A program made the position numbers and the translations under genes. This document shows, in pieces, positions 23,901 to 36,500 of a DNA stretch of 64,000 nt. Below the pieces are notes generated by a model. That model was given only the letters and a program-made list of their open reading frames with translations. It ran no database searches and had not been told where the DNA came from. How positions within the stretch are numbered: position 1 is the stretch's first letter; every line of letters starts with the position of its first letter. Source of the stretch: Gnetum montanum (lineage: Eukaryota > Plantae > Gnetophyta); NCBI GenBank assembly GCA_015680685.1, contig MNCI01003226.1, positions 1-64,000 on the forward strand. The letters run 5' to 3'.

Positions 23901-26583
23901 ATAGTGGACATGGTTTGGTTTTTGTGGATTCAGACAGGACAAATAATTTGTTGATTATTATGATATATTTCACATTATTTGCACAATAATATGAACATGA
24001 CTGAATGATTGATGCAGCACATGATTATCAATGAAGGTAATGATTGGCTTAGAAATTACGTGGCTGCTAAATCTGTTTGAATGGTTGATATGACTGATGA
24101 ACAGTATGATGCCCATCTTTACTAGCAGACCTAACAGTTAGTTGCAAAATTTGCTGTTATGCATCCAAAACTGACTATTTCTGGCTACCTTCATTGATAA
24201 ACTGACAACCGATTGTCGACAAGTCTTGTAACTAATCACCATCAGTACCAAAAATTGCTTTATCCTCACAAATGATAGTGTTCAAAATGAGAGATTACTT
24301 AGTCTCATATGGTAACGTAGTATCTTGGACGTTATCCATTTTTGATCAGGGTCTATTAGTTTCAAATGTTAGACACATTTGACATACTCTGAATATAGTG
24401 ATACTGATGTACTTTGTACAAAGTGATTGGTCTGATGGATCATTTTGGATCTATACAGGCATAATAGCATTTTGGCTCATTCTAGTTCAGTTGCAAAAGA
24501 TTAGAAAGCTTTACATAAAGGCTTTTTAGGAGCTTGGCTTGTAATATATTTTTTTCTAATGATTTTTTGAAGAATATTGTTGTCTGTGTTGCTTTTCTTG
24601 ATAATCTTTTTCTCTTGTTTTGTCCTATTCTTTATTTGGTATATTGTTTTAATGTCGCACGAATAGAATGTATTAACTTTGGTCATTGCTTTCCTTTACT
24701 GGGTTAACAACTCCAACAACAAAATCAGAATCCCCTACTGACAGACACCAATTCAGCTTTTTTATTGGAGTAGAATTCCTGCTTTATCATCTGACAGATT
24801 TGCTTGCTAAAATGTTTCCTTAGGTAATATAGCAGTGTAGACGAGGAGGAACATCTGTAAAATTGAAGAATTTTAACGTATGATACTACCTGATGCTAAC
24901 TAGAGCAACTAGAATTTCGTAGGCAAAACTGCAAGCTAATTTTTTCACTTTTACTTATTATGTTTACATAGCATTATTTCTGCCATATTTTCTCATTCAG
25001 AAGAAAAGAAGGGTACTAAGTACCATACTACTATTATTCTATTTCCCAAGAATGTGCTTTCCAAGGTTATGTTTGGGAAGAGGGGAAAGAAAGATAAACA
25101 TAGAACAATTCTCACTAGCTCTGAATACGTTTTTACCTATAGATGAGTTCTTTCGCTATTTAGCTAGCAGTTAGCATCAATTAACTTTGTTTTTATGATT
25201 AATACTAATGAACAATGAGAGGCTTGATTAAAAAGCTGCAACTGCAACCTTAGGTCAAACAAGAATCAATGCAGCTAAACATTCCTAATAAAGAACTTAG
25301 TGCTAGACTTTTGTTCGATCTATATAAGTGTAAACTTAGAGCTAAACATTTCTAATAAAATGAACCTAATGGAGAAGGTGACAACAAAGCAGTGAAATCG
25401 GTACTCAATCGCTATGTAAACAATCAAATCTTAATGTTGGTAATCTTGCATTAAAAAAAAAAAAAAGATAATGTCCAAGTAATTGTAATCAATAGCAAGT
25501 TTGTCCTAGTTTACCATTAAGAGTTCAAACATACAAGTACCGTCTGAGTAGCTGATTGGACGCTGGCAAAGTGATGGATCATCCTTGTCTATTTTCTGGT
25601 CTCTTGTAAGATCCTACATTGAACAAACTGTTCCCATTTTTGGATATGCATATTTTGATAAGTTTCATATTTTTGGACAAAATGATGCAGCCAGATGTAG
25701 CAGCTCCTGGTGTCAATATCTTAGCAGCATGGTCCCCTGTGTCATCACCATCAGAGCTCCCTGAAGACAAGTCTTCCTTGAATTTCAACATTGTGTCTGG
25801 AACATCCATGGCTTGTCCACACGTATCAGGCATAGTTGCTCTTCTGAAGATATTGCACCCCACATGGAGTGCTGCTGCCATTAAATCAGCTTTGGTAACC
25901 TCAGGTACCAGCCACCAAAAGCACTATTTCCTCCATCTCTCTTTCTTTTTCTAGTTCGTCAATCTCGTTTTCTTTTTCATTCTGAAACCATTTAATAAAG
26001 CGGCATCAACTGATCAGAGATTTCCAATGCAGCTTCAGTAACAGGTAACTATTCATTGAGGATAGCGGCAGAAGGTGCACCACATAAGGTAGCAGATCCG
26101 TTTGATTATGGTGGCGGACATGTGAATCCAAACAGGGCTGCAGATCCAGGTCTAGTATATGACATGGAACCTGCAGACTACATACCATTTTTATGTAGTC
26201 TGGGATACAATAAATCATCCATTCGTATTCTAACAGGAGAATTTCCAGAGTGTACCACAAACTCAACATCTGTCCCAGACCTTAATTTGCCATCAATTGC
26301 TATTCCCAACCTAGTTGGTAGGCTTGAAATTACAAGAAACGTAACAAATGTTGGGCCCCAATGGTCTCTATACAATGTGAAAGTGGAAAATCCACCAGGC
26401 ATACAGGTAACAGTGACGCCTAGTGTTCTGTCCTTTAATCCTCAGCAAACCAAATTATCTTTCACTGTCATCTTCGAACCTCATGTCAATCTTGAAGATA
26501 GATACACATTTGGAGCAATTGTTTGGACAGATGGCTTTCATATTGTCAGATCGCCTATTGCTGTTCGCACTGTAATCCCATGA
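20943..26583 (+). CDS. subtilisin-like serine protease (S8A plant subtilase). 11 exons: 20943-21014, 21239-21330, 21422-21519, 21724-21873, 21955-22066, 22358-22901, 23051-23145, 23233-23472, 23568-23682, 25691-25904, 26033-26583
   Basis: Signal peptide, I9 prodomain ([19 protein letters not shown]), TTRSWDFL, catalytic D (GVIDTG), H (GHGTHTAST) and S ([10 protein letters not shown]), PA domain, C-terminal Fn3-like region. GT-AG introns keep the frame. Confidence 0.95.
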
Positions 26584-27504
26584 CAAATATTCATCGCGAA
26601 AAGAAATTGTTTTTCCAATGATTCTTCGAATGGCTTGCATTCTTAGTAGTGCTGGCATTTACACCTGTTGCTTTTCCAGTGTAAACTATGAATTCTAATT
26701 AAGAGAGAGAGAGAACATGATGAAAGGATTCTAAGAGTAAAATCCTGTAAGGTAATCAACGGGAAGAAATCTGCGTAAGGTAATTTGAATATAACTTGAT
26801 AGCAATTCTTGTGTAGCAACTCCTAAATTAAGTCGCCTATTGAATAGTTCAGTCAGCAAAAGGTGCTGTGTTTTCGGCCGTTAAAAGAAACTCAATCTTT
26901 TCTTTTCTTTTTTCTTTGTACAAGCGTGCAAATTTTGGAAAATGAATTTGTTTTGCAAATGAAATTGAATTGGTATTGAGATGTAAAATGTTGAAATTAG
27001 TTATTACGTCGACTAAATTGAATAAAAAAATAAGCTAATTTGGTTTGGATTATAAATGCAATTGACATTAATGGAAAGCCAAATTGAATTGAAGTTGAGC
27101 AAAATTGCTATTAAGAAAACAAAGTTAGCTGATCAAAGGAGTGTGTCTAAAAATAAAGTTTATGCTACCAAATTTCTTTCTATATTCAGATTTTCTTTGT
27201 AAGGTTCTTTAAGATAAATTGTGAGAAAGTGAAACGGGTATTGAGAGAATCATGATGAGAAATTGTTGAGAGAATTAAGGGTTATTTGCATGCATTTGGA
27301 AGAACATTTGTGAGAGATTATGGTTGCAAGAAAGAAAGAAAGAGGAGAGAATTTTGTTGTTTGGCATCCTCAACATAAAGACTTTGTTACTCCTCTTGTT
27401 TTAGTTAATTTGCATAAACTATAATTTTCCTAAGCTATTATTTTCACCTTCCTTTGCTTCTCTAGCCTTATTATTTTACAAGTTTTGATTATTAAAATCA
27501 CTAA

Positions 27505-28420
27505 TGATGAGCGGCTAGGTACCCTTACGCTCAACCATGCGAATCACGGGCGTTCACATGCGACTCGGTCAAATTTCGTCGACTATAAGCAAAACCTTTG
27601 CATATCACGGGCGTTCACTTTGCATACACCAGATCTTAACTAGCAAAACCTTGTGTTAGAAGGGTCGTTGTCTTCCCAACCTCACTTGTGATGTTCTGAT
27701 TGCGATGGTTAAGTGAGATTGAGGCAAATAATTTTTATGGATTTTTCACTTTATCTTCTTGCGTCTAATTCTTGAAATGAAATGTAAGGAATGGGATATT
27801 ACGTAATCTATAATTATCCTAATCTATCTATTAACTCTTCCTAGCATAAGTATCTGATCCCATCTTTTGTGCACATCCTGAGCATCCCCTAACCACTATT
27901 GGGTTACCAGACATTAAGCATCACTAGGTTGCCAAGTGTCGAGTTTACATTCGAGATGGTTGTACTTATGGTTTTTACAAACTATAAAAGAGATGATGAT
28001 TTAAGTAATAACAATGAAAACTTAAGGAATTATTAAAGCATAGAAATATTAAACTATTAAATGCATCAAATGACTAAGTCCAATTGCTGCAAGGAATGCT
28101 TGAAAAGCTTGTCTTTATTGCTAGTCACACCAATGGGCTTAGGTACATTAGTGCTTGAATAAAGAGCCAAACACCTTTCTCACACCTACTACGGGCACTT
28201 GGAAAATATTCTAACTCTCGCGGAAACAAACTACAAGAGCTTCGCTACAACTACCAAAAAGGTACCTAAGTGTGGTGGAAGCACACTTATTTATAGGCTG
28301 GAACAGGCGCTGCATAAACGAGGCCACGAAGACGCATGGATAGATGCGTCGACGCGACCGCGTATACGAGGCCCCGTATACGCAGCCTAGTCGATGCATC
28401 AACTGTTTAGTGCTTCATCA
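27505..28420 (-). repeat. E2 3' LTR
   Basis: Repeat of 39929-40804; adjacent to PPT (28421-28430). Confidence 0.95.
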
Positions 28421-28664
28421 TACCCCCACGGCTGAGTAAAAACTCATCATCGAGTTTCTTTACAATTTGGAAGGTATGAAGTTCTTATTACAACACGCAT
28501 GACACGACACACATGACACAATACCAACTTTACTGATGCACCAAGTGCTCGAGTGTATAGAGAAGAACAAATTACAAAATGGTGATGTTCATAGGCAAAA
28601 TTGAACACCCCGATGATCCTGGATTCTTTGCTGCACTGAAAGGTGCAAAAAGTGTTGGAGAAAA

Positions 28665-31508
28665 TCACATCGTCCCTAGTGGCAGTGGTTCTGACAGACC
28701 TTCACCAGTCTCTGGTGCATGTGGTGGTGAAGGCACGGACGATGGTTGTCCTGCAACAACTGCAACTTCCGGAGGCAACCGGAAAGCCTCCAAGAGAGCC
28801 CTCATTTTCTCTTCCTTACTTCTGGGATCGTTCACTGTCCAAGCAGCTTCGCCAATGTGTGCCAGGATTGGAACCTCCCAAGGGCATGGAAGTGCAGGGA
28901 AGAGTTCTTTCAGATTGACAAACCAGGCTACGAACTATTTTCGTTCGATGTCGAACGCTCGAATTGATGTCCATAGCTACTAGTAGTCATTCATTCGTTG
29001 GGCCAAGTTCTCAACAACGGCACGTTGCCCTTTAAAACGAGTGCAGAGAACCTTGAGTTCCACATTTGCTATTTCCAATATTTGTTTTGTCACTTTATGC
29101 GCTTGGAACTCGCCCTCGTATAAAGAATACGAGGTGGCCACTTGCTTTTCTAGGTCAGACCGTGGTCTTCCAGCTGTTAGCATAGCCAAGTTTGCATAGC
29201 GAAGGTTGGCCAACTCCATGTACTTTGTCATTTCTTTAATCTACAATTCCTTGAGGTGGATCTTAGCTTGGTTGTAGGCGTTCAATCCATCAAAGATGGA
29301 TTGCCACATCTCGCCTCCTTCTCGGAGCTATTGGAGTGCTTGGTTCAATTTGGCCTTGGCGACTTGAATCTGCTTCTCATTCACCTCCTTCTGCAATCCC
29401 ACTTGGTCCCTGTAATGATTTTTAACTTTCTCAAACTTAAGAGCCTCACTTTTCCAAGTGGCAATTTCGATGGTTGATTTTTGTCGCAAGGCATGAACCT
29501 CCTCCATAGACAGATTCTAATTTTTAGTGGCCAACCTCCTCACATCAGCGTTCACCCTGGCTAGCTCTTCCTACTGTTGGTGGATAAAGCTTTTCATGTG
29601 CTGATTTTCATCATTGACATTGTGCAGGCGATGAACTTCCGCGGTCAACCTGACATTCTCTTGGCAAACCTCTATCAAGTCCTTGTTCAAATGATATGCA
29701 CAAACATCTGCCAAGGACTTATCCAAGATCGTCGACTCTCGCTCATCCTCAACTATCTAGAGTTTGACTTGAAGCTGTTGAAAAACTTCATCTTTGGTGA
29801 TTTCACAATTGAGGAGAGCTGGCTTGACAAGTTGGGCCCTTAATTGGGCAACTTCTGTTGCCAAGCGTTGAAAATTGGCTTGAGCAACTTCGAGTTTCCC
29901 CTCCAAGATGAGGCTCTTACCCCTTGCTGAGAGCAGCTCCAACTAGGTTGCAATGATGTTATCTGGAAGATTAAAGACATCTGAAAGCGGTTGTTTGGTT
30001 CCCACTAGTCGGTCCAACAGTTCTTCATGTTAGGCTACATCGATCCTACAACGCGGATGCCTGTACATCTTCGAGTCCATGTACATCTGGTACAGGTGCC
30101 ACCGGTGCATTAAGGGCTATAGCAATCATGTCAACAACAACTTCAGCCGCAATCTCCTATCCCTAGTACTGCATCACCAAGACTATCACCCCCTCTCCAT
30201 CCTCCAAACGTATCGAAAAAGTAGTGGCATTTCCTAAAATTTTAGGAAATAACTGTTGGGTGGATATCATTACTTCTCAGACACTAGGATCAGTTCTTGC
30301 GGGTACTTGTGTTGGGGCGACATAGAACATCAGCCCTGCTCTTTCTAGCAGACTTATTGATTGAGCCACTTGCTCCAGATGGCTCATTGCAAGGCGATAA
30401 ACTGAAGGGTCTTCTCCTCCACCGGTCCCTATAGATTACTCTTGTTGGCTCAAGAGCGATTGTTAGATCTCGCGTATATGTTCTGCGATTGTATGCGAAC
30501 CTGACCTCGTTGTTTGCATAGGTGATGAAGGTGGTTGCTGCTCTTCCTCAATTTGTGTGGTGGTTGGAGTCTTGTCTTTCATCATCTCCTATCATGAGGC
30601 AATCGGGGCGTGCCGAAGTATATCGTTGGTGTATCATGCTATCCCTGCTCATTTGCAAAATTTCCTGATTAAGCAGGGAAAGGGTAGAGCTCGCCTTCCA
30701 CGTTCGCTTTCAGTGAATCTTTTCTTAATCTCCAAAAACAACAATTGTGGAAGGCTCATTGGGAATTTTCTGCTTAGAGTAGCACATGCACGAGTGGAGA
30801 AGGCAGTGATCTTGTTGGGTCTTACCATTGGATTTAGATGGTAAGATGTAATTTTTGAATATACCCTCTCTGCGATGGTCAAAGTGCCAAACTCTTTGCA
30901 ATCCACCCCATAGCACCGCCTGATCCACTCCCCTGTTACCTCAAGATCTGCTTGCTTAGGGATCTCTGCCACATCAGCTCCGGTCTCAGGCAACCCCAGA
31001 GCTTGTGCGATCGCTTCGGCAGAGTAAGAGACATAGATGTCATTGATTCTTACTCTGGACCCCGGCTGCCAATTTGTCCAAAAGAGATAAGTTTCTCCTA
31101 AATACCATTCACCATTGGATGTGATGATTGCCACATAGGAGAGTTTTGCAATTGGAGTTTTAAATATTTTGGTGCATTCTCAAGAAATGGTCCAAAGTTC
31201 AACTCTTGCAGGACCATTCATTGCACCTCCCTTGGCCTGATAGCGTCAAGACATGCCTGGGTCAGGGTGACCTCAAGCTGTGGTGCTATTTTTGGAGTCT
31301 CATCCCCTTGCGATTGTTCACTAGGGATCTCCTCTTCAAGAATCTGATGAACAGATTCCACATCAGATCCTTCGCGGATGGGGCCAGTTGCATGGGAACC
31401 CTCTGCGTGCTCTGAGTGCTGCACACCTTGCCCTCTTCCTATTCTTGGTCACTTGTCTCTTGGTTGGGATGGTCCTTCTCCCCTTGGATGCCTCAGTTTC
31501 GATGCCAT
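28665..31508 (-). pseudogene. E2 accessory ('env-like') ORF, disrupted
   Basis: Starts MASKLR. ORF-track pieces 31218-31424, 30649-31134, 29757-29942 and 28980-29231 are homologous to the E1 accessory ORF. Confidence 0.8.
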
Positions 31509-31949
31509 GTGCAATCAAACATAACCATTAATTAAATTGTGCACAAGTTGCTCAAAATGGCCCTCATACACTTTCTCATTTTGACTGGGTTATGGTACTA
31601 ACACATGCATCCCATTAAATTGCCCAAAGTATTAGTTGATGGGTTAGAACCAAAAAACAATAAAGCATGAATTGGAATTTAAACTATTTTTTTTGCTTCT
31701 TCCCTTAAGAGCTGTAAAGTCTATAGTAATTGTAAGTTAATTGATTAATATTTGTTCTTATAAACCTCCCGCCCCCCCCCCCCACACGACTGAGAGCATA
31801 CCTCTAATTGCAAAAGAGGGGAAGGATACGTGGATTCAGATGCTTGATAGAAAACATAGGTTCTTGGGAAGACGAAGTTAGGCAAAAAAAATGAAAAATC
31901 TCCCCCCAATTTGTTTGCAAAATGATTAAAAACACATGGCACAATGGGG

Positions 31950-32025
31950 TATATATAGAGTTTTGTTGTTGTGTCGATGGGGCCGTGTATACGCAGGGGG
32001 CTACGTATATGGGGCTACGTCGACA
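31950..32025 (-). promoter_or_regulatory. putative E2 internal promoter: palindrome array plus TATA
   Basis: Minus strand: TGTCGACG, CATATACG, CGTATACA, CATCGACA at 14/18/14 spacing, then CTATATATA. Confidence 0.7.
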
Positions 32026-33565
32026 CAGGGGGTTGCATGCGTTGACCAACCAAATAAAATCTTGAAAAAATTAATTTAATACGCCAAATTGGGACAGTTG
32101 AAAAGCTTGAGAGACCAAGAACTCGACTAAGAGAAAGAGGAAGGTAAGTGGGGTGGAAAAAGGAGTCAAAAGTAGGAGAATGTTGTGAGAAAGAATGCTA
32201 CGGAGAAGGAATCGAGCGATGGGTAGCATGAAAACAATCAACCAACAAAATCAAGAGGATGGGAGACTAACAAACAGAACCAGGGATATGCAAGTAGGTC
32301 CTCCCCATAGTAAGCAGTAGCCTTAGTAGCCCTTGCATATTGTGAACACTGGACTTCGTGGACCCCAGAGTCAAGGAACGGTGATCACAAGTTAATACTC
32401 GCATCCATGAGAACCTGCGGAAGCATTATGGGTTCACAGAAATTATGGCAAACCATCAAAACATAAGACAGGTAGTGAGGTGAGTCGTGGAGAGCAATGG
32501 GTGAAGAGAGAGGAGTGGGAATTGGAATTCTGATTATCGGTCACATGAAACCCCGTGTGAAGTTGTGATTAAGTGACCTGGTAGGACCTTTCCCAAGTTC
32601 AAACCCAAAACCAACCACATACAGTGATATCACAGCAACATGCGAAGGCTCATCCACCCCTAAGAGGACAAGAGTGCACCCACAGAGAACCACCACTCCA
32701 ACATGCATAAGAGAAAGGAAGTGAAACAAGACTAAGTTAGAGGGGACAAGCGAGTCCCATAACTAGTGCTGGTGGCCCGTGAGAGGCGATCTAAGGGGTG
32801 TGCTTTGAATTCCCACATAGTTATGATTTGATTTTTATTTTTATTTTTGTGGGAACCACACCATGCAAAGACCCATGCTTGTTTGCATGCATTCGACCAA
32901 GGGTGTGTTTTGAATCCTCATCATTTCATTTTTTTTTTTTGCGTTTTTGCGATGAGGACCACACCATGCAAGGTCAAATTGCCAAGGAGCTTCCTTGTAT
33001 AAAAGAACTTGGAGTGGTAAGACATCGATGAGGACACTGTTGCAACCCAGGGGACAGAAAAGTAGAACGAATGTCGCATTCCCCTTGAAGTCACACCCGA
33101 TTCAATCCATTGGGTCATCCCCAAGTCTAGGAACTACACAAGTCACACATTAATTTAGATGTTTTTAAGTGAAGGGGGTTTGCATGTTTCCAAAGGGAGA
33201 AAAACCATGGAGTGGATGAATGGGTGGATGACGTGGACTCATGGCCGATTTTATGAGATGAAAGTAGACGTAAATTCCAAGAACAATAATGTGAGAGCGG
33301 GAGCAAGATAAAATAGGTGGACCATCACACGCGACCCATCTCAACGAAAACCAACCGTGTCACATATCTGATGACAATAAGACAATTTATTAGTAACCAA
33401 CTAGAAATTAAACACACACACACACATAAATAAGCAAACAAAGAAATAGAAAAGTAATTAAAGAAAGAAAAATTGAGTAAGAATTGGCAAACATACGAAC
33501 GATGTTGAAAAACAAAAAAGTGTAAAACAAAAATTCCAAAACAGTGAGGAGCTTAGTAGAATGGA

Positions 33566-36500
33566 TTAGCATGGAGGATGGTCTCCCCCACAACTAGGCT
33601 GGGAGGAGGAGATGCAAAAAATGGAACAAGGCAGTCCCTGTAACGATAAGGTGGTAGCACTAGTTTGATGGAGTTCACGGAAAGGTTTTACTTGTTGCCT
33701 ATTGACCAACTGCGTTCTTGTGGGGTCCTTAGGTTTATGTATAAGCAGGGCCATGGATGGGAAGGTTTCAAAGACAATGTAATGTCCTTCCCACAGTGTT
33801 TGAAACTTGGTTGGTTGCGGTACGTGTGTGGGGTTTTAGTAAAGTATCTTATCTTCACATCTAAATGTTACCTTCCAAATCCTTGGATCATGATGTTTTT
33901 TATTGTGGGCCTTTTGTATCTCATTTGATGATAGGGCCACCAATCAATTCTCATCTAGCACACTTAGGTTGATAAGTCGTTCGTGTTGTGCTAGTGGTAG
34001 GTCAAGACCAAAGACATTGGTTGTAGATAGTGTCCAGACTTCTACCTAGATTGGAGGTTTCAGTAGCTTACCGTACACTAACTCATAGGGAGAGTAACCT
34101 ATAGGAAGTTTCCAAGTGGAGCGATAGGCCCATAGGGCATCGTTAAGTTTGTTGTTCCAGTCCCTCCTATATTTACTAATAGTTTGAGTGAGGATTTTGG
34201 TGATCTCCCTATTGGTGACTTCGGCCTACCCGTTGGCTTGGGGGTGATAAGGTGTTGTAAATTTATGGATAACCCCCAAGTGTTGCATGACTTTACGAAA
34301 AGTGATGCTCGTGAAATGTGTTCCATTGTCCGAGATGAGTGCATGTGGCACTCCAAACCTATTTACAATTTGCTGGTGGACAAATCATGCAGTGGTGTTT
34401 AAGAAACAGTCAATGATGGTTGCTGCCTTTGCCCACTTTGTATAGTAATCAATGGCGACAATGATGTATGCCTTCCCGTTGGACATGGGTGTGATGGAAC
34501 CCATGAAGTCGATGCCCCAAATGTCAAAGGACTCCAGTGGTTGGATCCATTGTTGAGGGCCCTCCATTCATGTAGATATCCCACTGTCTCTCTGACATCG
34601 TTCGTAGAAGCAGGCGAACCATTGTGCATCTCTAAAGAGTGTAGGCCAGTGATATCCCACAAGTAGGATCTTAATGGCCATGCATCGTCCAGTGTAGTGA
34701 CCCCCACAAGGGGCCTTGTGAGCATCTTGGAGGATGTGTAGTATATCATCATTAGGGACACACCATCAAACCAAGCCATTTGCGCACACCTTATAAAGGT
34801 GACCATTGATTTCCATGAAGCGCTTGTCCTTATGGAGAAACTACTGTTTCTGCCAATGGTCCCACTCCTTTGGCAATTCTTGGGTTGTGAGATAGGTGAG
34901 GATGTGGCTAAACCAAGGTGATTCTTTGGGCAGCTGCTCCTCGATTACTCCCGCGAAGAGGAATTCATCTGGAAATTGGTCAGAAAGTGGCTCCTCCTCT
35001 TCTACGTTATCCCATTATAATCAAGACAAGTGGTCAGCAACCACATTCTCAATACCCTTTCGGTCTACCATAGTGAGGTCAAATTCCTGAAGAATCACCA
35101 ACCACTGTATGATACGAGAGCTCATCGTTGGTTTGTTCATTAGGAACCAGATGGCACTATGGTCAGTATGTACAAACACCTTGTACCCAAGCACATAGTG
35201 TCAGAATTTTTCCAAGGCGAACACCACCGCCATCAACTCTTTTTCGGTGGTGGTGCAGTTAAGCTAAGCACCCACAATGCTATGGCTTGCATAGTGAATA
35301 TAGTATGGGCATTTCTGGTCATCCCACTGTGTAAGCATGGCTCCCAATGCATAGTTGGATGCATTCATCATGATGTGGAAGGGTTTGGACCAATCAGGTG
35401 CTCATAGAATTGAAGTTTCTATGAGTTTCTATTTAAGCATCTAGAATGTAGATTCACATTCCCTGTTCTAGACGAACGGAGCATCTTTCTTTGTGAGCTC
35501 CACCAACGGCTTGGTGATCTTTGAGAAATTTTCAATGAAGCACCGGTAGTAACCAATGTGACTAAAGAATGACCGAACATCTTTTACAGTGCTTGGCTAA
35601 TTGGTGATTCCTTGGATGACCCTGATCTTTTCAAGATCTATGCTAATCCTTGCTTGTGAAATACGGTGCCCTAGAACAGTGCCCTCTTAGACCATTAAGT
35701 GGCTTTTTTACCAGTTGAGCTGTAGATTAGTTTCCACACATCTTTTTAGAACTTTCTCAAGGTGGTCCAAGGCTTGATCAAACGTGGCTCCATAGGTAGA
35801 GAAGTCATCCATGAAGACTTCTACCCCATTGCCAATTTGCTGCTGGAAGATGTTGAGGACAAGGCGTTGGAAAGTGGCAGGCACATTACACAGGCCAAAG
35901 GGCATCTTTTTGTATGCGAAAGTCCCCCAGGGACTTGTGAAGGTTGTCTTGGCCTAGTCTTTTGACTTAATTTGGATTTCGTTATAGCCACTATAACCAT
36001 CCAAAAAGCTATAATAACAATGCCCTGCAATGGTATCCAACACTTGGTCCACAAATGGGAGCGGGAAGTGATCTTTGAAGGTAGCCATGTTAAGCAATCA
36101 AAAATCTATATAGACTCTCCATTTTCCATCCTTCTTTGGCACAATAACAAGTGGGCTAACCCATTCGCTATCGGCAATAGAGTAGATGAACCCCGCTTTC
36201 AGCAACTGCTCGATTTCATCTTTCACGAATTGCTTCAATTTGGGGTTCAATCGCCTTTGTGGTTATCATCATGGCTTCATGGAGGGGTCAATATAAATTT
36301 GATGTTGGCAAACCCTAGGATCAACTTCTGATAATTCAAGATACGACTATGCAAAATCACCTTCCCATTTGTTCACCACCTTCAACAACTTCCTCTTTTG
36401 TTTAGGAGCAAGGATGGCATTGATAATCACTGGTTTTTCATTCTGCAAAAATGCATATTCTAAGTGGGCTGGTGAGGGTTTGAGTTCCAAGGGATCTTGT

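Noticed and set aside
28579-28983. 134-aa and other plus-strand ORFs within E2 (e.g. 35972-36331, 37266-37538)
   Set aside because: Antisense shadows of the accessory ORF or pol, with no conserved counterpart evident in E1.
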